A stretch of 64,000 nucleotides of DNA from Chlorobiota bacterium (GTDB taxonomy: Bacteria; Bacteroidota; Ignavibacteria; OLB7). The position numbers and the translations under genes were made by a program. Positions 61,101 to 64,000 of this stretch are shown here, one piece after another (positions within the stretch are counted from its first letter, which is position 1; the number at the start of each line of letters is the position of its first letter). The notes under the pieces were generated by a model. The model worked only from the letters and a program-made list of their open reading frames with translations. It had not been told where the DNA came from and ran no database searches. The stretch lies in contig JAQBOZ010000007.1 in the NCBI GenBank assembly GCA_028287785.1, forward strand, positions 271,393 through 335,392, written 5' to 3'.

Positions 61101-61477
61101 TGCCGTTCGATCTTACGCTCTACACGGCGCAGTGCGCGCCGGTTGCCACCGTTCCGGGGGAACTCCGATTCGAGCTCTGCGGCATGCGGGAACGCCTGAT
61201 CATCGCCACGATGTCGAAGTATGCTCTGAGGCCCAATGCCCCCAACCCGGTCCACTCCGCCACGGATATCGAGTTCTCGCTCGGCCTGGATGGCTATACA
61301 ACGCTGGCGGTCTACAATGCCCGCGGGGAAAAAGTGGAGACGCTGGTGGATGGATACCTGGAGCCCGGAAGCTACGCGGCCCACTGGGATGGAACCCGTC
61401 ATCCCTCCGGCGTCTATCACTACCGGCTCTCCTCCGGCACCTGGAGCGCGGAGGGGAGGATGCTGCTGACGAAATGA
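58142..61477 (+). CDS. Large secreted protein: SBBP beta-propeller repeats, PKD, cohesin-like domain, T9SS-like CTD
   Basis: FRRNAGQW, YRDIYPHIDLRYY, IDP..WSTFVGG, repeated YSTYIGG/IAVD..GNVY, WDFGDGSTS PKD, NAPNP CTD. Confidence 0.9.
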   Translation: MLMRLISSDPAGGGKNLLPLTIALIIAIIALVPGVLRAQGGTSSDAPPSGETVERALSSLPVVFRRNAGQWEDPILYQGRSAGANVYFMRDGLSFGYTREIEGEDEEGEGDEGSHGDESDASEFLVWNLTFAGMNPNARVVSEGEHEGNTNYLRGEDFSRHLTHVPEYSRLWYRDIYPHIDLRYYGTGAALKYDYIVAPEGNIADIRMACSGIEKLAINAKGQLEITNAWGTVAEEVPFTYQVINGARREVASRYRMVNDTTFGFAITGGYDHAEPIVIDPIMLAWSTFVGGTGDEQMGYIRDIAVDKKGNVYGTGWYTAGFPTTPGVYGKGAFGPDYNFFHDYYNDVFVFKLDATGTKLIYSTYIGGSSNELGLRLRVNDAGEAFVTGQTFTSGGGFGRNNFPITANALSKTYGGNFDLFALRLSADGTKLIYSTYIGGDDYEDVGGIAIDQQGSLYICGSTSSSNFPTTAGAIRRTPYGNSDIFVSKLADDGSRMIFSTYIGQKGNDSAYDMALDRQGNIYVSGWTSSTNFPVTAGAYATRYGGAGAGVVLKLAPDGGRIIYATFIQSANDDKNVIAVDRDGSAVVAGTTNDRNFPTTAKAYSRTLKGASDAFVVKLDSLGATARYSTLLGGSGNEQPEGIALAAGGEVFISGRLIFPNAPSTRNFKADFPVTRCALEPDYRSQMDFSLLWDGFVSRLSADGARLEYSTYLGGKNNDYYARVIFDTVGGRQDLYISITTHSPDFVTTPGSFQPVKLNTARDQPVVMKLSPIYRPAFTHRADNCGGDRFFDSTIADCIWTDSTWTPGSWRWDFGDGSTSTDRNPIHSYTRPGDYAVTLVTGAPYDSITTVVHIAPAGSIAPAAAAHIATDNRAMPGDSVTIPVVLDTPADTLGCRRIAFSILYDSNMMSLANATPTRLPSMLKGTLVEGWTPMVTADRPGFFSLTLDAPLSIQPLKGKGNILELRFSTFIKGAGDAQTDSIWRSPLPFDLTLYTAQCAPVATVPGELRFELCGMRERLIIATMSKYALRPNAPNPVHSATDIEFSLGLDGYTTLAVYNARGEKVETLVDGYLEPGSYAAHWDGTRHPSGVYHYRLSSGTWSAEGRMLLTK

Positions 61478-61505
61478 TGATCGCGCCACGATGCAATGCA
61501 CTGTT

Positions 61506-61534
61506 GTAAGGGGACGTTTTAAACGTCCCCCGAC
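61506..61534. repeat. REP-like palindrome between convergent genes
   Basis: GTAAGGGGACGTTTTAAACGTCCCCCGAC, one mismatch to the 19530 copy. Confidence 0.85.
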
Positions 61535-61540
61535 AGGCCG

Positions 61541-63202
61541 TTATACATCATCGCTGCTGCCGGGGGGGAGCTTCGGCTCCACCATCACCACTTCCTCGCG
61601 TTCCATCATCACGGCACCCACCGCGGCGCCCCGCGGCTTCCGGACATGCTTCTTCAGCGTGTAGGCCACCGGCACCATCTTGGCCCCCCGTGCCCCGGAG
61701 TAGTACGCCGCAATCGACGCCGCCCCACGAATCGCGTCGCGCGGGGGCTTTGATTTCGGGTCGCTCCAGCGGAGGACGACGTGCGAGCCCGATGAGCCGC
61801 GCGCGTGGAACCAGTAATCGTTTGGACGGGCGAACCTGACGGTCAGCTCGTCGTTGTTCGCGGCGTTCTTTCCGGCGTAGACCTCGTGCCCGCCGGCCAC
61901 CTCGAACTTTCTGAATCGCTCCGGCGTGCCGGGCTCCTTTGCTTCTGCGGTCATCGTGAATAGATCCTTGTTCTCCTGTTCAATCCGTTCCAGCTCGTCG
62001 CTGCCGGTCGCCGCCGCCGCCCGTTCCAGCAGCCCGGCTATCCGTTCCAGCGTCCGCCGGTTTCTCTGAATTCCGGCGCTTCCCCGCGCCATCGAGTCGC
62101 GCGCGCCGCGTGCCTTCCTGAAATAGCGCTCGGCGTTCTCCACCGGCGTCAGCCTGGCATCCAGGGTGATTTCCCTCCCCTGCCCCTCCCAGTCCGTCAG
62201 CGTCACCTTCGCGCTCCCCTTCTCCACCAGTTGAAGGTTGCTCATCAGGAGGGTTCCCTGGCTCTCCCAGTCCTCCCCCTTTTTCTGCTGCGATGTCGAG
62301 TCCAGCCGGTTGGCGAGCGAGCGCTCCAGCCTTGTCCGCTCGGTCGTCAGGCGCTTGAAGATTCTATCGCGCAGCGCAGCAAAGCTCCTCCCATGAAACG
62401 ATGCCGACCTGTGGGCGCGCACGGCGCGATCGAGCCGGCTGAACGTCTCGACCCGGACCGCCTGAAGCTCCAGGCTCCGCAGTTCCACCAGGGAGAAGAT
62501 CACCTCATCGGGAAGATGGTAGAGATAAAAGGTCTCGCTGGCCTCCGCCGCGCCGTACAACTGGTCGATCTCCGCGAAGAGCGCGTCCAGCGTGGCGTCG
62601 TCAAGATCGTGGAGAGCGGCGGCCCCAACCAGCCCGCGACGGAAGAGCGCCTCCGCCGCAAGCCGCTTCCCAAGCTCCGGGATGGCGCGGGTCAGCGCGC
62701 GCGATGGCGGCTCATGGATGCTTCTGATCGTGGCGCGGAGATCGTCGGGGGAGCGGACATCGTGCTCCGCGCGACCGGAGATGATCGCATCATACTCCCC
62801 GGAATATTTCGTGAAGGAATCGATCACCCCCCAGTCGCGAAGCAGCAGGATGTTGCCGCCGCCACCGCCGAAGAAGAAGATCGCCAGCTCATCGCCGCCG
62901 GAGAAATGAATGGTGATGGCCCGCTCCCCCTCATCGATCGTCACACCGGTCACCTGCTCCCCGAGCAGCCCCCCGAAAAAGTCGATAGTGTTCCGGCGCG
63001 CCCGATGAATCTCATCGCGCATCAGAGCGTAGCCAAGCTGCGGGTCAAGCGCCACCTCCACGAAACGGGATTCCCGCCCCTGAATAAAGCGGAGGACCAG
63101 CGCGTTTTTTTCCTGCGACCAGCATTCCGCGAGATGCCAGCCCCGAAGCCCTTCATCGAGCAGGAGCGCCTCGTGAGCGAATGTGAGATAATGACGGATC
63201 AT
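61541..63202 (-). CDS. rqcH: NFACT/RqcH (FbpA-like) ribosome quality-control protein
   Basis: LTPVENAERYFRK, AGKNAANNDELT, DYWFHARGSSGSHV, AAYYS, KHVRKPRGA. Confidence 0.9.
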   Translation of the reverse strand: MIRHYLTFAHEALLLDEGLRGWHLAECWSQEKNALVLRFIQGRESRFVEVALDPQLGYALMRDEIHRARRNTIDFFGGLLGEQVTGVTIDEGERAITIHFSGGDELAIFFFGGGGGNILLLRDWGVIDSFTKYSGEYDAIISGRAEHDVRSPDDLRATIRSIHEPPSRALTRAIPELGKRLAAEALFRRGLVGAAALHDLDDATLDALFAEIDQLYGAAEASETFYLYHLPDEVIFSLVELRSLELQAVRVETFSRLDRAVRAHRSASFHGRSFAALRDRIFKRLTTERTRLERSLANRLDSTSQQKKGEDWESQGTLLMSNLQLVEKGSAKVTLTDWEGQGREITLDARLTPVENAERYFRKARGARDSMARGSAGIQRNRRTLERIAGLLERAAAATGSDELERIEQENKDLFTMTAEAKEPGTPERFRKFEVAGGHEVYAGKNAANNDELTVRFARPNDYWFHARGSSGSHVVLRWSDPKSKPPRDAIRGAASIAAYYSGARGAKMVPVAYTLKKHVRKPRGAAVGAVMMEREEVVMVEPKLPPGSSDDV

Positions 63203-63279
63203 GCCGATGCCCTTGCGATTTCCCGAAAGCCGGCAAGTTAGGGAGAAGGCGTGGTTCTGATAACGTGTTGGGGATCATG

Positions 63280-63588
63280 GGTAGTGACTCAGGTTGGGAT
63301 ACGGTTCATGCTGTTCGGACTCATCGAGGGCATTCGGCATCTCTCCTTCCAGCCCCATCGGGGCGTACCGGTTGTAGCAATGCCATGTCTTCGATGATCT
63401 GAAGCTCCATCGGAGCGTACCATTTGGCACGGATGCGGGGATGGTACGCTCCGATGGAGCTTGAGCGGGAGATGGGAGCATTGTTGCTACAACCGGCGCG
63501 CTCCTACGGAGCTTGAAGAGTGAAGGAGGGATCGCCGCTCGATGATTGTTCAGCAGATGGAAGACTGGATTCAAACTGAGTCACTACC
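63280..63588 (-). mobile_element. MITE family A copy (309 bp) with a perfect 8-bp TSD
   Basis: Inverted relative to the 16143 copy; GGATCATG at 63272-79 and 63589-96. Confidence 0.9.
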
Positions 63589-63596
63589 GGATCATG

Positions 63597-63903
63597 AGAG
63601 TGACTCGGGTTGGGATGGGATTCATGATGCCCGGAATCATGGAGGCACCCGGCAGCCGTCTTCACAGCCCCAGCGGGGCGAGCCGGTTGTAGCAATGCCA
63701 TGTCTTTTGTGATGTCAAGCTCCGTAGGAGCGTACCATTCGGCACGGATGCGGGGATGGTTCGCTCCGATGGAGCTTGGGCAAACAACGGGAGCATCGTT
63801 ACTACAACCGGCGCGCTCCTACGGAGCTTGAAGAGCGATGAAGACTTCGCCGATGGAGGATCATTCAAGGGCTCCGAGGCTGGATTCACACTGAGGCACT
63901 GCC
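63597..63903 (-). mobile_element. MITE family A, older degenerate copy in tandem
   Basis: AGAGTGACTCGGGTTG ... CACACTGAGGCACTGCC ends; right flank AGATCATC resembles GGATCATG. Confidence 0.75.
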
Positions 63904-64000
63904 AGATCATCGCACAATTCCCTCTTCCCTTTGGAAGTTGTGGGGAGATAAGTTGAAATTGCCATTCATGCTCTTCTCGAAACAGACACGCCGTCGCTCG

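Overview
This is a high-GC (roughly 60-65% by eye) bacterial chromosomal window, most likely from the Bacteroidota/Chlorobiota (FCB) radiation, possibly Kapabacteria/Ignavibacteria-like. The evidence is TAnnTTTG promoters, Gln at +1 after many signal peptides, and type-IX-secretion (T9SS)-like C-terminal domains. It holds housekeeping genes (metG, lysS, gltX, sucC, rqcH/NFACT, mgtE, a corC-family gene, alkA, tRNA-Val, tRNA-His), a MoxR-DUF58-DUF4350-DUF4129-SpoIIM-RDD cluster, a tricorn protease, general-stress genes, two GT-C and one GT4 glycosyltransferase, two vWA-OmpA lipoproteins and several large secreted CTD proteins. I found no CRISPR array, prophage, integrase or transposase. The most unusual signals are: (1) a ~309-bp non-autonomous element (4 copies) with GGTAGTGACTCAG terminal inverted repeats and 8-bp target duplications that carries nested REP-like hairpins; (2) a second MITE family sitting directly after TAG stops, and a GTCGGGG-type REP family, one copy of which duplicated a gene 3' end; (3) a coupled vWA-OmpA lipoprotein / CTD protein / beta-barrel trio; (4) a HAD-phosphatase-deaminase fusion; (5) an aspartate kinase and a shikimate dehydrogenase, each with degenerate catalytic motifs; (6) a structured corC leader with an MgtL-like uORF; (7) a frameshifted imelysin gene. 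All family assignments come from motif recognition by eye; no searches were run.
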